20,000 nt of DNA. It comes from Deltaproteobacteria bacterium (lineage in GTDB: Bacteria > JAGRBM01 > JAHCIT01). The stretch is from assembly GCA_026129095.1 (NCBI GenBank), contig JAHCIT010000002.1:366530-386529 (forward strand), written 5' to 3'. Shown here in pieces: positions 9,440-17,609 of the stretch; positions within the stretch are counted from its first letter, which is position 1; every line of letters begins with the position of its first letter. The notes beneath the pieces were generated by a model. The model searched no databases and was not told the DNA's origin. It saw only the letters and a program-made list of their open reading frames with translations. The position numbers and the translations under genes are program-made.

Positions 9440-9496
9440 TCAGGAGTTTTCGCCTCCTTTCCGTTCCCGGCCGGACCGGATACACCCGGATTCCGG

Positions 9497-10756
9497 ATGA
9501 AAGTTCTTCCCACCCCCGACGATGCGGTGCTTTCCCTCCCCAGGGGCGCACGGGTGCTCCTGCCGCCCGGATGCGGCGAACCGGCCGCTCTCGTGGACGC
9601 ACTGGTCCGAAATGCAGACAGACTCGAGGGGATTCACATCCAGGGCGGCTACACGGTGAGCGATGCCCGGTGGCTCGATCCGGAACTCCCGTTCCGGTGG
9701 ACGACGTACCACTACACACCCAAAGCCAGGGCGCTGGAGGCCGAAGGCCGGGCCCACTATGCCCCGATCCGCTACTTCGACATGCTGACGGAGTTTGCCC
9801 CCGGTGGAGCGCAGGCGGCAGATGCCATTCTGGTGCAGGTATCGGAACCGGACCCCGGCGGCAGGTATTTTCTGGGAGTTTCGTCGAGCTACCCCTGGCC
9901 GCTGGCGAAAAAGGCTCCGCTCGTCATCGCACAGATAAACCCCCTCTGCCCCCAGACACCGGGGCCGGAGGGGTTTCTGACAGAGGCCGACATCGACATC
10001 TCCTGCCGTGCGGAAACTCCGGTGCTGGAGTATTCCAAGGCAAAGGGGACACCGGAGGAAGCCGCCATCGGCCGCCATATTGCCGCGCTGGTGGAGGATG
10101 GCTCCACAGTGCAGGTAGGCGTCGGCGGTGTCCCCGAAGCACTGATGGGATTCCTGAAGGACCACAGGGATCTCGCCCTACACTCCCTGCTGGTCGATGC
10201 CGGCATTGATCTCATCAGGTCAGGGGCCGCCAACGCGAGGTTCAACCCGGTAATGCCGGGATGCCATGAACTGGGCGAAATCATGGGCTCCCGCGCCCTG
10301 TACGGTTTCGTTCACCAAAACAGACAGATCGCTCTCCGGTCGTCGGAGATCGTCCACAACCCGCTGGAGATCGCTCGCCGGCCGAAGTTCGTCAGTGTGA
10401 ATTCCGCAATCCAGGTGGACCTCACCGGGCAGGTGAATGCCGAATGGATCGGCGGCAGGCAGGTGTCGTCCGTGGGCGGAGCTTTTGATTTTCTCACCGG
10501 CGCGTCGCTTTCACCGGGCGGCAAGGGCGTGATCGGACTGCCCTCCACGGCCGGGAAAAACGGGGAGTTGAGCCGCATCGTGACCCGCCTCCCCGAAGGA
10601 ACACCCGTCACCATACCCCGGTATCTCGCCCACCATGTCGTGACTGAGCACGGCGCAGCGAACCTGAAGGGCCTCAATCTGGAAGACCGCCGCCGGGCCC
10701 TGATCGCCATCGCCCATCCCCGGCATCGCGAAGCGCTGGAGAAGGGCGCGATCTGA
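9497..10756 (+). CDS. Acetyl-CoA hydrolase/transferase family protein (4-hydroxybutyrate CoA-transferase-like) with an atypical active site
   Basis: PGCGEP, LVQVSEPD..G.YFLGVS, VIAQINP, IGRHIAALVEDGSTVQVGVGGVP, FVSVNSAIQVDLTGQVNAE, GGAFDF..GA..SPGGK, LPSTA and VVTEHGAANLKG...R..ALIAIAHP.HRE.L. Confidence 0.9.
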   Translation: MKVLPTPDDAVLSLPRGARVLLPPGCGEPAALVDALVRNADRLEGIHIQGGYTVSDARWLDPELPFRWTTYHYTPKARALEAEGRAHYAPIRYFDMLTEFAPGGAQAADAILVQVSEPDPGGRYFLGVSSSYPWPLAKKAPLVIAQINPLCPQTPGPEGFLTEADIDISCRAETPVLEYSKAKGTPEEAAIGRHIAALVEDGSTVQVGVGGVPEALMGFLKDHRDLALHSLLVDAGIDLIRSGAANARFNPVMPGCHELGEIMGSRALYGFVHQNRQIALRSSEIVHNPLEIARRPKFVSVNSAIQVDLTGQVNAEWIGGRQVSSVGGAFDFLTGASLSPGGKGVIGLPSTAGKNGELSRIVTRLPEGTPVTIPRYLAHHVVTEHGAANLKGLNLEDRRRALIAIAHPRHREALEKGAI

Positions 10757-10801
10757 AAAGGTTGCACCGGGCGAAGCCTTTGGGTAGGCAACCCGGTCAG
10801 C

Positions 10802-11419
10802 ATGGGTATGAAACCAGCCACCGTTTTCCAGATTGCCGCGATCCTGCTGGCCGTGGTCTTCTGCCTTCCGGCTCATTCGCAAACGTCCGCGCAGGCCCCG
10901 GCCCGCAAGGATCATGAACTGGCGCTGGTGGACATCCAGAAGGTCATCAACCAGTCGGTTCGCGGCCGGCAGAGGCGCGAGGAGTTCCTCAAGAGCGTCC
11001 GCGCCCGGGTCGCCGAGGTTGAATCGTACCGCAAGGAAGTGGACACGCTGAACCGCCAGCTCGCCGAGAAGCAGAAGGCCGTGACGGCCGCGCAGTTCGA
11101 AAAGCACCGCGCCGACGCCGAGCGGCGGGTTCGCGACCTGCAGCGAAAGGCAGAGGATATCTCCGAGGAACTCCAGCGCCAGGAAGGACGTCTTGCCTCG
11201 GATCTGGCCCTGGACATCAAGGCCGTGGCGGCCGACTATGCCCGGAAAAAGGGTTATGACCTCGTGCTCGAGTCGGGCCAGCACCTGATACCGTACAAGA
11301 CCCCCTCCGTGGACATAACCGACCAGATCATCCGTGAGTATGATGCCGCTGTCTCGGCACCCTCGCCTTCTCCCCCGGCCGCACCCGCTACCCCCAGCAG
11401 GGGCGGCGGGAAGAAATAA
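10802..11419 (+). CDS. OmpH/Skp family periplasmic chaperone
   Basis: Signal peptide ending AHS, then LALVDIQKVINQS..G, a long helical region, YARKKGYDLVLE and SVDITDQIIREYD, with a Pro/Ala tail. The start is 10802 or 10808. Confidence 0.88.
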   Translation: MGMKPATVFQIAAILLAVVFCLPAHSQTSAQAPARKDHELALVDIQKVINQSVRGRQRREEFLKSVRARVAEVESYRKEVDTLNRQLAEKQKAVTAAQFEKHRADAERRVRDLQRKAEDISEELQRQEGRLASDLALDIKAVAADYARKKGYDLVLESGQHLIPYKTPSVDITDQIIREYDAAVSAPSPSPPAAPATPSRGGGKK

Positions 11420-11459
11420 CGGGCTCTGGCCCCGTCCCGGCCCCATTTTCCGTTTCCCC

Positions 11460-11510
11460 CAAACCGGTTTGCCACTGACAGGCCAATCAGCTAGTTGACT
11501 CGCCAGTCAA
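11460..11510. promoter_or_regulatory. Palindromic operator-like sites over the putative thiolase promoter
   Basis: Perfect TTGACT-N4-AGTCAA at 11495-11510 and a degenerate copy CTGACA-N4-AATCAG at 11475-11490. A 12-bp palindrome CAAACCGGTTTG lies at 11460-11471. Candidate promoter TTGCCA-17 bp-TAGTTG spans 11469-11497. Confidence 0.6.
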
Positions 11511-11580
11511 TTTCGGGGTGCAGCCTCCCCATGAGGGGGGAGGGGCGCGCCACCGGAACCCACCAAGGAGAAACAGAATC

Positions 11581-12777
11581 ATGGGCAAGAAAGTATTCGT
11601 GGTCGGCGTCGGCATGACCAAGTTCGAAAAGCCGGGCAGCCGCCCGAACTTCGACTATCCCCAGATGGTCAAGGAATCGGGAACCAAGGCGCTCGAAGAC
11701 GCCGGAATCCCTTACACGGAGATCAAGCAGGTGGCCGCCGGCTACTGCTACGGCGACTCGACCTGCGGAGAGCGTGCGGTCTATGAGCTGGGCCTGACGG
11801 GCGTTCCGATCTACAACGTGAACAACAACTGCTCCACCGGGTCAACGGCCCTGTTTCTTGCCAAGCAGCTCGTCGAGGGCGGCCTCGCCGACTGCGTGAT
11901 GGCAGTGGGATTCGAGAAGATGCAGAAGGGCTCGCTCGGATCCAACTTCCAGGACCGCACGAACCCGATGGACAAGCACATGATGGCGATGATGAAACTC
12001 CGCCAGTTCGCGCCGGCTCCGCCCGCGCCGCAACTGTTCGGCAATGCGGGCCGCGAGCACATGGAGAAGTACGGCACCAAGAAGGAGCACTTCGCCAAGA
12101 TCGGCTACAAGAACCACAAGCACTCGACGAACAACCCCTACTCGCAGTTCCAGGATGAGTACACCTTCGAGCAGATCATGTCGGCCCCGGTCGTCTATGA
12201 GCCGCTCACCAAGCTCCAGTGCTGCCCGACCTCGGATGGATCGGGTGCGGCGATCCTGTGCGACGAGGATTTCGTCAAGAAGCACAATCTTCAGTCCAAG
12301 GCGGTGGAGATCATCGGCATGGCTATGGCTACCGATTACCCCAGCACCTTCGAGGACAAGAGCTGCATCAAGATCGTGGGCGGTGACATGACCAAGGCCG
12401 CCGCGAAGAAGGTCTACGAGCAATCAGGCTATGGACCGGAGAACGTGAACGTCGTGGAACTGCACGACTGCTTCTCCTGCAACGAGCTCATCACCTACGA
12501 GGCGCTGGGCCTCTGCCCCGAAGGACAGGCCGGGAAGTTCGTGGACGAGGATGCGTTCACCTACGGCGGCAAGGTTGTCGTCAATCCGTCGGGCGGCCTG
12601 ATCTCGAAGGGCCACCCGCTCGGCGCCACGGGTCTTGCCCAGTGCGCCGAACTCACCTGGCAGCTCCGCGGCAAGGCCGACAAGCGGCAGGTGAAGGACG
12701 CCAAGATCGCCCTCCAGCACAACCTGGGACTGGGCGGCGCTGCCGTCGTGACGATGTACAAGAAGGCGTTCGCCTGA
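11581..12777 (+). CDS. SCP2/SCPx-type thiolase ('lipid-transfer protein'), 398 aa
   Basis: [15 protein letters not shown], catalytic [40 protein letters not shown] and LQHNLGLGG. The AAGGAG SD at 11565-11570 supports ATG 11581. Confidence 0.95.
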   Translation: MGKKVFVVGVGMTKFEKPGSRPNFDYPQMVKESGTKALEDAGIPYTEIKQVAAGYCYGDSTCGERAVYELGLTGVPIYNVNNNCSTGSTALFLAKQLVEGGLADCVMAVGFEKMQKGSLGSNFQDRTNPMDKHMMAMMKLRQFAPAPPAPQLFGNAGREHMEKYGTKKEHFAKIGYKNHKHSTNNPYSQFQDEYTFEQIMSAPVVYEPLTKLQCCPTSDGSGAAILCDEDFVKKHNLQSKAVEIIGMAMATDYPSTFEDKSCIKIVGGDMTKAAAKKVYEQSGYGPENVNVVELHDCFSCNELITYEALGLCPEGQAGKFVDEDAFTYGGKVVVNPSGGLISKGHPLGATGLAQCAELTWQLRGKADKRQVKDAKIALQHNLGLGGAAVVTMYKKAFA

Positions 12778-12807
12778 TCCCGGCGTCCTGACGGACAAAG
12801 CCAGCTC

Positions 12808-12849
12808 AAAACGCCCCGGCCTGATTGAATCGGCCGGGGCGTTTTCTTT
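12808..12849 (+). terminator. Rho-independent terminator, probably bidirectional
   Basis: AAAACGCCCCGGCC-N10-GGCCGGGGCGTTTT followed by CTTT, starting 30 nt after the thiolase stop. Confidence 0.9.
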
Positions 12850-12891
12850 CCGGCTTGCCCTGACTCCAGCCAATTGGACACAGTCCGCGTG

Positions 12892-13542
12892 ATGGACAAA
12901 ACACCGGCAGGGCAGCTCCTTTCCATGCGTGTGCAGGCCCACCCCTGGCACGGGATTCCGCCCCATCCTGACGGCACGAACCTTGTGAATGCTTTTATCG
13001 AGATCGTTCCTGCTGACACCGTGAAATACGAGATCGACAAGGAGTCGGGGCACCTCAAGATCGACCGCATCCAGCGGTTTTCAAGCCTGTGTCCCACGCT
13101 CTACGGGTTCATTCCCCGGACCTATTGCGGTACGGAGGTGGGCACCCGCTGCCGCGCCCGCACGAATTCCCCGGAAAAAATCTCCGGCGACGGTGACCCC
13201 ATGGATATCTGCGTACTGACCGAGCGGACAGTGGCGCACGGTGGATTTCTTTGCCGGGCAAAGGTCGTCGGCGGACTCCGGATGATCGACGGCAGCGAGG
13301 CCGATGACAAGATTGTCGCCGTGCTGGAGGATGACCTCGCCTATGGGAAGTTCGACGACATTGCAGAGTGTCCGGCCGGACTCATCGAACGGCTCAGCCA
13401 CTACTTCCTATCCTACAAGCAGTTCCCCGTGGATCCGGCCCGCAAGGTGCGTATCGCCGAGGTTTACGGGCGGGACGAGGCGCTGGAGACGATTCGCCTC
13501 AGCATCACAGACTATCAGGGAAAGTTCACCCCCACCGGGTAG
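12892..13542 (+). CDS. ppa: Inorganic pyrophosphatase (family I)
   Basis: HPWHG, IEI....VKYEIDKESG...DR, YGFIPRT, DGDPMD, MIDGSEADDKIVAV and YFLSYK. The start is ATG 12892 or TTG 12874. Confidence 0.95.
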   Translation: MDKTPAGQLLSMRVQAHPWHGIPPHPDGTNLVNAFIEIVPADTVKYEIDKESGHLKIDRIQRFSSLCPTLYGFIPRTYCGTEVGTRCRARTNSPEKISGDGDPMDICVLTERTVAHGGFLCRAKVVGGLRMIDGSEADDKIVAVLEDDLAYGKFDDIAECPAGLIERLSHYFLSYKQFPVDPARKVRIAEVYGRDEALETIRLSITDYQGKFTPTG

Positions 13543-13571
13543 CGGTCCTGGATCGCGTTCCGGTTGGGCTG

Positions 13572-14270
13572 TCATCGCCTGCGGGGTTTCACTGGCCTCG
13601 GCCGGACAATCCCCAGTCCCACCCCATCTCCCAGCGGGAGCACCTGCCCGTCAATGCGCGGATGGTTTACCAAATACCGGTTGAATTCGCTCAGGGCCTT
13701 GGTGCTGGAACGGTAGTGTGCATTTTCCGGTTTCTTCGTGCCCGCCACGCGGCCCGACCAGAGCACATTGTCTGCAACGATCACTGCACCCGGCCTCATG
13801 TGCGGAAGGGCCAGTTCCACGTAGCCGATGTACTCTTCCTTGACGGCATCGATAAACAGGAAATCGATCCCGCTGCCCTTCCAGCGGTTCAGGAGATCCA
13901 GCCCCGGCACCAGGTGAAACCTCGCCTGCGGCAGGACGCCCGCCCGCTTCAGCATCGCCTTGGCCCGCTGGTGGCGTCCGGCATCGACATCCGATGTGTG
14001 CAGGCGGGCTCCCTTCGGCCCGTACTCCTTCAGGGCCCGGGCAATGAACAACGTGGAGTATCCAATGGCCGTACCCAGCTCGACAGCAGTTTTCGGCCTG
14101 CTCATGGCCACCAGGGCAGTGAGGAGCCGTCCCAGGTCCGACGAGACAATCGGGATATCTTCGCGCGTTCCCCGCCGGAACAGTTCACTCGCCAGGGGGT
14201 CGAGCGGCGGCCCCAGGCGCTCAAGATAGCGGAGGACTTCCGGACGGGTCGGCGACAGGTCGGTCGACAT
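13572..14270 (-). CDS. Class I SAM- and metal-dependent O-methyltransferase (COMT/CCoAOMT-like)
   Basis: VELGTAIGYST, DFLFIDAVKEEY, RPGAVIVADNVLWSG and LPLGDGV. Confidence 0.92.
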   Translation of the reverse strand: MSTDLSPTRPEVLRYLERLGPPLDPLASELFRRGTREDIPIVSSDLGRLLTALVAMSRPKTAVELGTAIGYSTLFIARALKEYGPKGARLHTSDVDAGRHQRAKAMLKRAGVLPQARFHLVPGLDLLNRWKGSGIDFLFIDAVKEEYIGYVELALPHMRPGAVIVADNVLWSGRVAGTKKPENAHYRSSTKALSEFNRYLVNHPRIDGQVLPLGDGVGLGIVRPRPVKPRRR

Positions 14271-14274
14271 GGTC

Positions 14275-15249
14275 TTACTTCACCGGTTTGGTGGCGGTGG
14301 GCTGGTCCGGAATGAGCGAAATCTCGATCCGCCGGTTCCGGCTTCGTCCCGTTGCCGTATTGTTACTGGCAACCGGCCTGTGAAAACTGGCCCCGGCGGC
14401 AGCCATGATCTTCGGTGGCACACCCTCGGACTCCAGGAACCGTACGACCGTGACGGCCCGTGCGGTGGAAAGTTCCCAGTTGGTCGGAAATCGCGTCTGG
14501 AGCCGCTCGGAAATCTGCTGGTTATCGGTATGTCCCTCGACGAGCACACGGCGGTCCTTGGTTTTCTTCAGGATGCCGGCCACCTTGCGAAGCACCTCCT
14601 GGCCCTTGCGGTTCAGCTCTGCCGATCCGGAATCGAACAGTACCTGATCGAACAGGTCGATCTGGATGCGGCCGAGCGACTGGCTGATCGCAACCGATTT
14701 CTCCTCGATCTCGCTTTTCAGGCTCTGCACAAGACCGTCATAGGTTTCAGTCACTTCGCTCAGTTTCCGGGAAGCCAGTTCCGCCTGCTCACGCACCCGG
14801 GACAGTTCCTGCTGGGCGGCTTCCTCGCGGCGACTGGCCCGTTCCCTGGCTTCGGCAAGCTGCGCCTCCATCGCCGACACCTGCTCGGAACCCTCGGCGC
14901 GGGCCTTTGCGATCTCTTCCGACAGCTTCCGCATGCGTTCGTCGGCCGCCTGCCGCTCGACGGCCATCTCGGCTTCCAGCTCCGCTGTTCGCTGGCGGAG
15001 CCGGGCTGATGTTTCCTCCAGATCAGCCTGCAGGGCATCGGCCCGTGAGAGCAGTTCCACCGAGCGCTGACGCTCGGCCTCAAGGTCGGCTGTCAGTTCC
15101 TGGACCTTCTCCTGACTGGTACGGTTCTCCGAACTGACCTTGTCGTAGTCTGCCCGGAGAAAGTCATACGTTGACTGCGAAACGCAGCCGCCCGCCATCA
15201 GGGACAACATTGCAGTCCAAATGCACCCGCAGGTCCGTTTTCCGCTCAT
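14275..15249 (-). CDS. Lipoprotein with a long coiled coil and a C-terminal OmpA/MotB-like peptidoglycan-binding domain, 324 aa
   Basis: Start ATG 15249 (MSGKR...LMAGG/CVSQ lipobox), an E/A/R/Q-rich helical region, then VLFDSGSAEL, VEGHTDN, NWELSTARA and NRRIEI. The ORF-track extension to 15900 overlaps a better + strand gene. Confidence 0.9.
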   Translation of the reverse strand: MSGKRTCGCIWTAMLSLMAGGCVSQSTYDFLRADYDKVSSENRTSQEKVQELTADLEAERQRSVELLSRADALQADLEETSARLRQRTAELEAEMAVERQAADERMRKLSEEIAKARAEGSEQVSAMEAQLAEARERASRREEAAQQELSRVREQAELASRKLSEVTETYDGLVQSLKSEIEEKSVAISQSLGRIQIDLFDQVLFDSGSAELNRKGQEVLRKVAGILKKTKDRRVLVEGHTDNQQISERLQTRFPTNWELSTARAVTVVRFLESEGVPPKIMAAAGASFHRPVASNNTATGRSRNRRIEISLIPDQPTATKPVK

Positions 15250-15345
15250 TTCCAGATATACCGTCCTTGTGAAAATCCGCCCTGCCCCGACAGCTTCCGT
15301 ACCCGCTTGCGGCGGCGGCGGCAACCGGATTACACCCATGTTTCG

Positions 15346-15804
15346 ATGGTCAAGATATGTCCCCACTGCGGAAGTTACTGGTTCGGCGGCCGCTACTGCC
15401 AGAAATGCGGCCCCGAAGCCACGCTGATCGATTCCTCGTCGGTCGAGGCCGAGCGGTGGAACCGCCGCCGCCGGGTGGATATCCGTACACTCTATTTCGC
15501 CCGCAGCGGGATGCTTCTCGGTGCCATGTCGATGATCGCCGCGATGGTTCTGATCCTGGTGCTCTGGGAAGAGACTGTCCGCAGCGGCGGCGGCGCGCTG
15601 GAGCGGTTCCTCGTGTTTCCGAAGGTGATCCTGCCGTTTCTCGCCTTCAACTGGCTCGTAAACTGGGTGTTCAAGCGGCAGGTGCTCAAGGACCAGAAAA
15701 CCTACGGACAGACATTCAGCGGTTCGCCCGATGGCGCCGAAAGCGAGGAAGCGGCCCTGCTCCGCTCCCGCCGCAAGCCCCGCGCAACGACCGGCACGCA
15801 CTGA
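15346..15804 (+). CDS. Hypothetical membrane protein with an N-terminal zinc ribbon, 152 aa
   Basis: MVKICPHCGSYWFGGRYCQKCG (CxxC-x9-CxxC), two hydrophobic helices (GMLLGAMSMIAAMVLILVLW and FLVFPKVILPFLAFNWLVNWVF) and a basic tail. Confidence 0.7.
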   Translation: MVKICPHCGSYWFGGRYCQKCGPEATLIDSSSVEAERWNRRRRVDIRTLYFARSGMLLGAMSMIAAMVLILVLWEETVRSGGGALERFLVFPKVILPFLAFNWLVNWVFKRQVLKDQKTYGQTFSGSPDGAESEEAALLRSRRKPRATTGTH

Positions 15805-15929
15805 ATCTCCCGGCGCATGTCTCCCGCTTCTTACGAACCACAACGGTAACCGGTATCGTGCGCCTGCCGGCATGCAAATCTTGTCGAAAGGCCTTGTCAC
15901 TGAATACGCTATCAGCTCCGGATGGAGAG

Positions 15930-16313
15930 GTGGATTTCTACAGCGTGAAAGGCCCGTTCACCCTGAAGGACAAGCGTCGGAAATTCCGCACATCGGTCAA
16001 GCTCGTGACCGAGGACGGCCGGCAAACGCACCGGTTTTTCCGGTCGGTGGACATCAGCACGAGCGGCATCTCGCTTTCGACCGAGTTTCCCCTGGATCTT
16101 GGCACACCCGTTGTCCTGGATTTCATGCTGCCCCAGACGCCTGAAACCGTCCGCATTGCGGGCGAGGTGATCCGCCATATCCGCGAGGAGCCCAGGCGGC
16201 AGACGTCAAAGGTGATCGGCATGGGGGTCAAGTTCCGTGACATCCAGCCGGCCCACGTGCAGGTACTCAAGGGTTTTATCCAGGGGGGCGGCGATGCCAC
16301 CAGTCCCAAGTAA
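15930..16313 (+). CDS. Stand-alone PilZ domain protein (c-di-GMP receptor candidate)
   Basis: RxxxR (RRKFR) and DxSxxG (DISTSG) motifs, plus LDFMLP, IAGEVIR and GMGVKF. The start is uncertain (GTG 15930, 15945 or 15858). The ORF-track start at 15357 overlaps the preceding gene. Confidence 0.85.
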   Translation: MDFYSVKGPFTLKDKRRKFRTSVKLVTEDGRQTHRFFRSVDISTSGISLSTEFPLDLGTPVVLDFMLPQTPETVRIAGEVIRHIREEPRRQTSKVIGMGVKFRDIQPAHVQVLKGFIQGGGDATSPK

Positions 16314-16322
16314 CGGTCCGGG

Positions 16323-17609
16323 ATGTGCCCGGTGACCACCGAGACAGCTGACAGACGTCCACCCGATGCTGCCTGGACATTCACGCTGCTCGTCCTTCTC
16401 AATCTGGCCAACTACATCGACCGCCAGTCGCTGTCGGCCCTGCTGCCGCTGGTGAACGCCGAACTGGGGCTTTCCGACACCCAGGGCGGACAGCTCGGGA
16501 GCCTTTTCCTCGTCAGCTACATGTTCGCGGGCCTCTTGCTCGGTAACCGGCTGGACGCACTCCGCCCCTGGCGCACGCTCGGTATCACCTGCATTTTCTG
16601 GTCAACGGTGGCAGGAGCCGGGGCATTCGCACCCGATTTCACCTTCCTTGCCACGACACGTCTCCTCCTTGGCGTCGCCGAAGCAGTCTATGTCTCCATT
16701 GCGCCGGTACTCGTGGCGCTCCTGTATCCCGAACACCGCCGTACCAGAATGCTGTCTGTCTTTTCACTGGCGATCCCCGTGGGATCCGCAATGGGCTTCG
16801 CCCTTGGCGGTGTGCTGGGCGAGGCCGTGGGCTGGCGCGTCTCGCTCATGATTACCGGCTTCGGCTCGATTCCGCTCGGACTGCTGGCGCTCCGCATGGC
16901 CGAACCGGAGAGCCGGCCCGCGGCAGCCAGTGAACGCCACCCGCTCCTTTCCTCCATTGCCCGCCTGATGAGGGACAGCCGTTACCGGGCCGTTGCCCTT
17001 GGCGGCGCGGCGGCAACCTTCACCTTGGGGGCCTATGCCCTGTGGCTCCCGACCGACCTCGTCCGCCGGTTCAGCCTGCCGGTGGGGACCGCCGGGATTC
17101 TCTCCGGCGGCGTCATCGCCGGAATGTCGCTGGTTGGAACACTCGCCGGCGGACTCGCCGCCGAGCGGCTAGAGCGCAAGTCCCCGTGGGCGATTTACTG
17201 GATTCCTGCCGCAGGGCTTCTCATGGGAGCCTTTGCGGCGCTGCCCTACTTCTTTGTCCAGAGCATAATACCCGCCCTCGCCGCGCTGGCTGTCTCCGTG
17301 CTGCTCATCTTTGTCCATGTGGGCCCCACGCAGCGGGCCATCCTTAACCGCTCGCCAGAGGGATTTGCGGCCATGGCGTTCGCCTTCAATGTCTTTTTCA
17401 TCCATGCGGCTGGGGACGTCTGGAGCCAGCCGCTTACCGGCTGGCTGTCCGATCGGGCCGTCTCGGCGGGACAGACTCCCGCCGGTGCACTCCGGGACGC
17501 ACTGTTCTGGGTCGGAGTTCCGGCTCTTTTCGCGGGAAGTTTCTTCTTTTTCCGGGGTGGCCAGATCGAACGGCTGGAAAATCGGCCGCCCGCTTTATCC
17601 GGCGGCTAA
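16323..17609 (+). CDS. MFS transporter, Spinster-like
   Basis: About 12 TM segments with LLNLANYIDRQ, RLLLGVAEA..SIAP, R...LSVF.LAIPVGSAMGFALGG and IHAAGD. Confidence 0.85.
   Translation: MCPVTTETADRRPPDAAWTFTLLVLLNLANYIDRQSLSALLPLVNAELGLSDTQGGQLGSLFLVSYMFAGLLLGNRLDALRPWRTLGITCIFWSTVAGAGAFAPDFTFLATTRLLLGVAEAVYVSIAPVLVALLYPEHRRTRMLSVFSLAIPVGSAMGFALGGVLGEAVGWRVSLMITGFGSIPLGLLALRMAEPESRPAAASERHPLLSSIARLMRDSRYRAVALGGAAATFTLGAYALWLPTDLVRRFSLPVGTAGILSGGVIAGMSLVGTLAGGLAAERLERKSPWAIYWIPAAGLLMGAFAALPYFFVQSIIPALAALAVSVLLIFVHVGPTQRAILNRSPEGFAAMAFAFNVFFIHAAGDVWSQPLTGWLSDRAVSAGQTPAGALRDALFWVGVPALFAGSFFFFRGGQIERLENRPPALSGG

Noticed and set aside
13368-15009. + strand ORFs 13368..14315 and 14269..15009
   Set aside because: They are antisense shadows of the O-methyltransferase and OmpA/MotB genes and have no motifs.
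15309-15322. (GCG)x4.7 run in a possible promoter spacer between divergent genes
   Set aside because: Short GC triplet runs are common at this GC content, and the promoter assignment is weak.
15250-15900. N-terminal extensions of the OmpA/MotB ORF (to 15900) and of the PilZ ORF (from 15357)
   Set aside because: Both overlap the more plausible Zn-ribbon membrane gene. The lipoprotein signal fixes the OmpA/MotB start at 15249.
15868-15905. GCAAA...GAAA segment upstream of PilZ resembling a c-di-GMP-I (GEMM) riboswitch
   Set aside because: Only about 3 bp flank the GAAA loop, and the downstream GACGCAAAG and second stem are missing. An Rfam cmscan would settle it.
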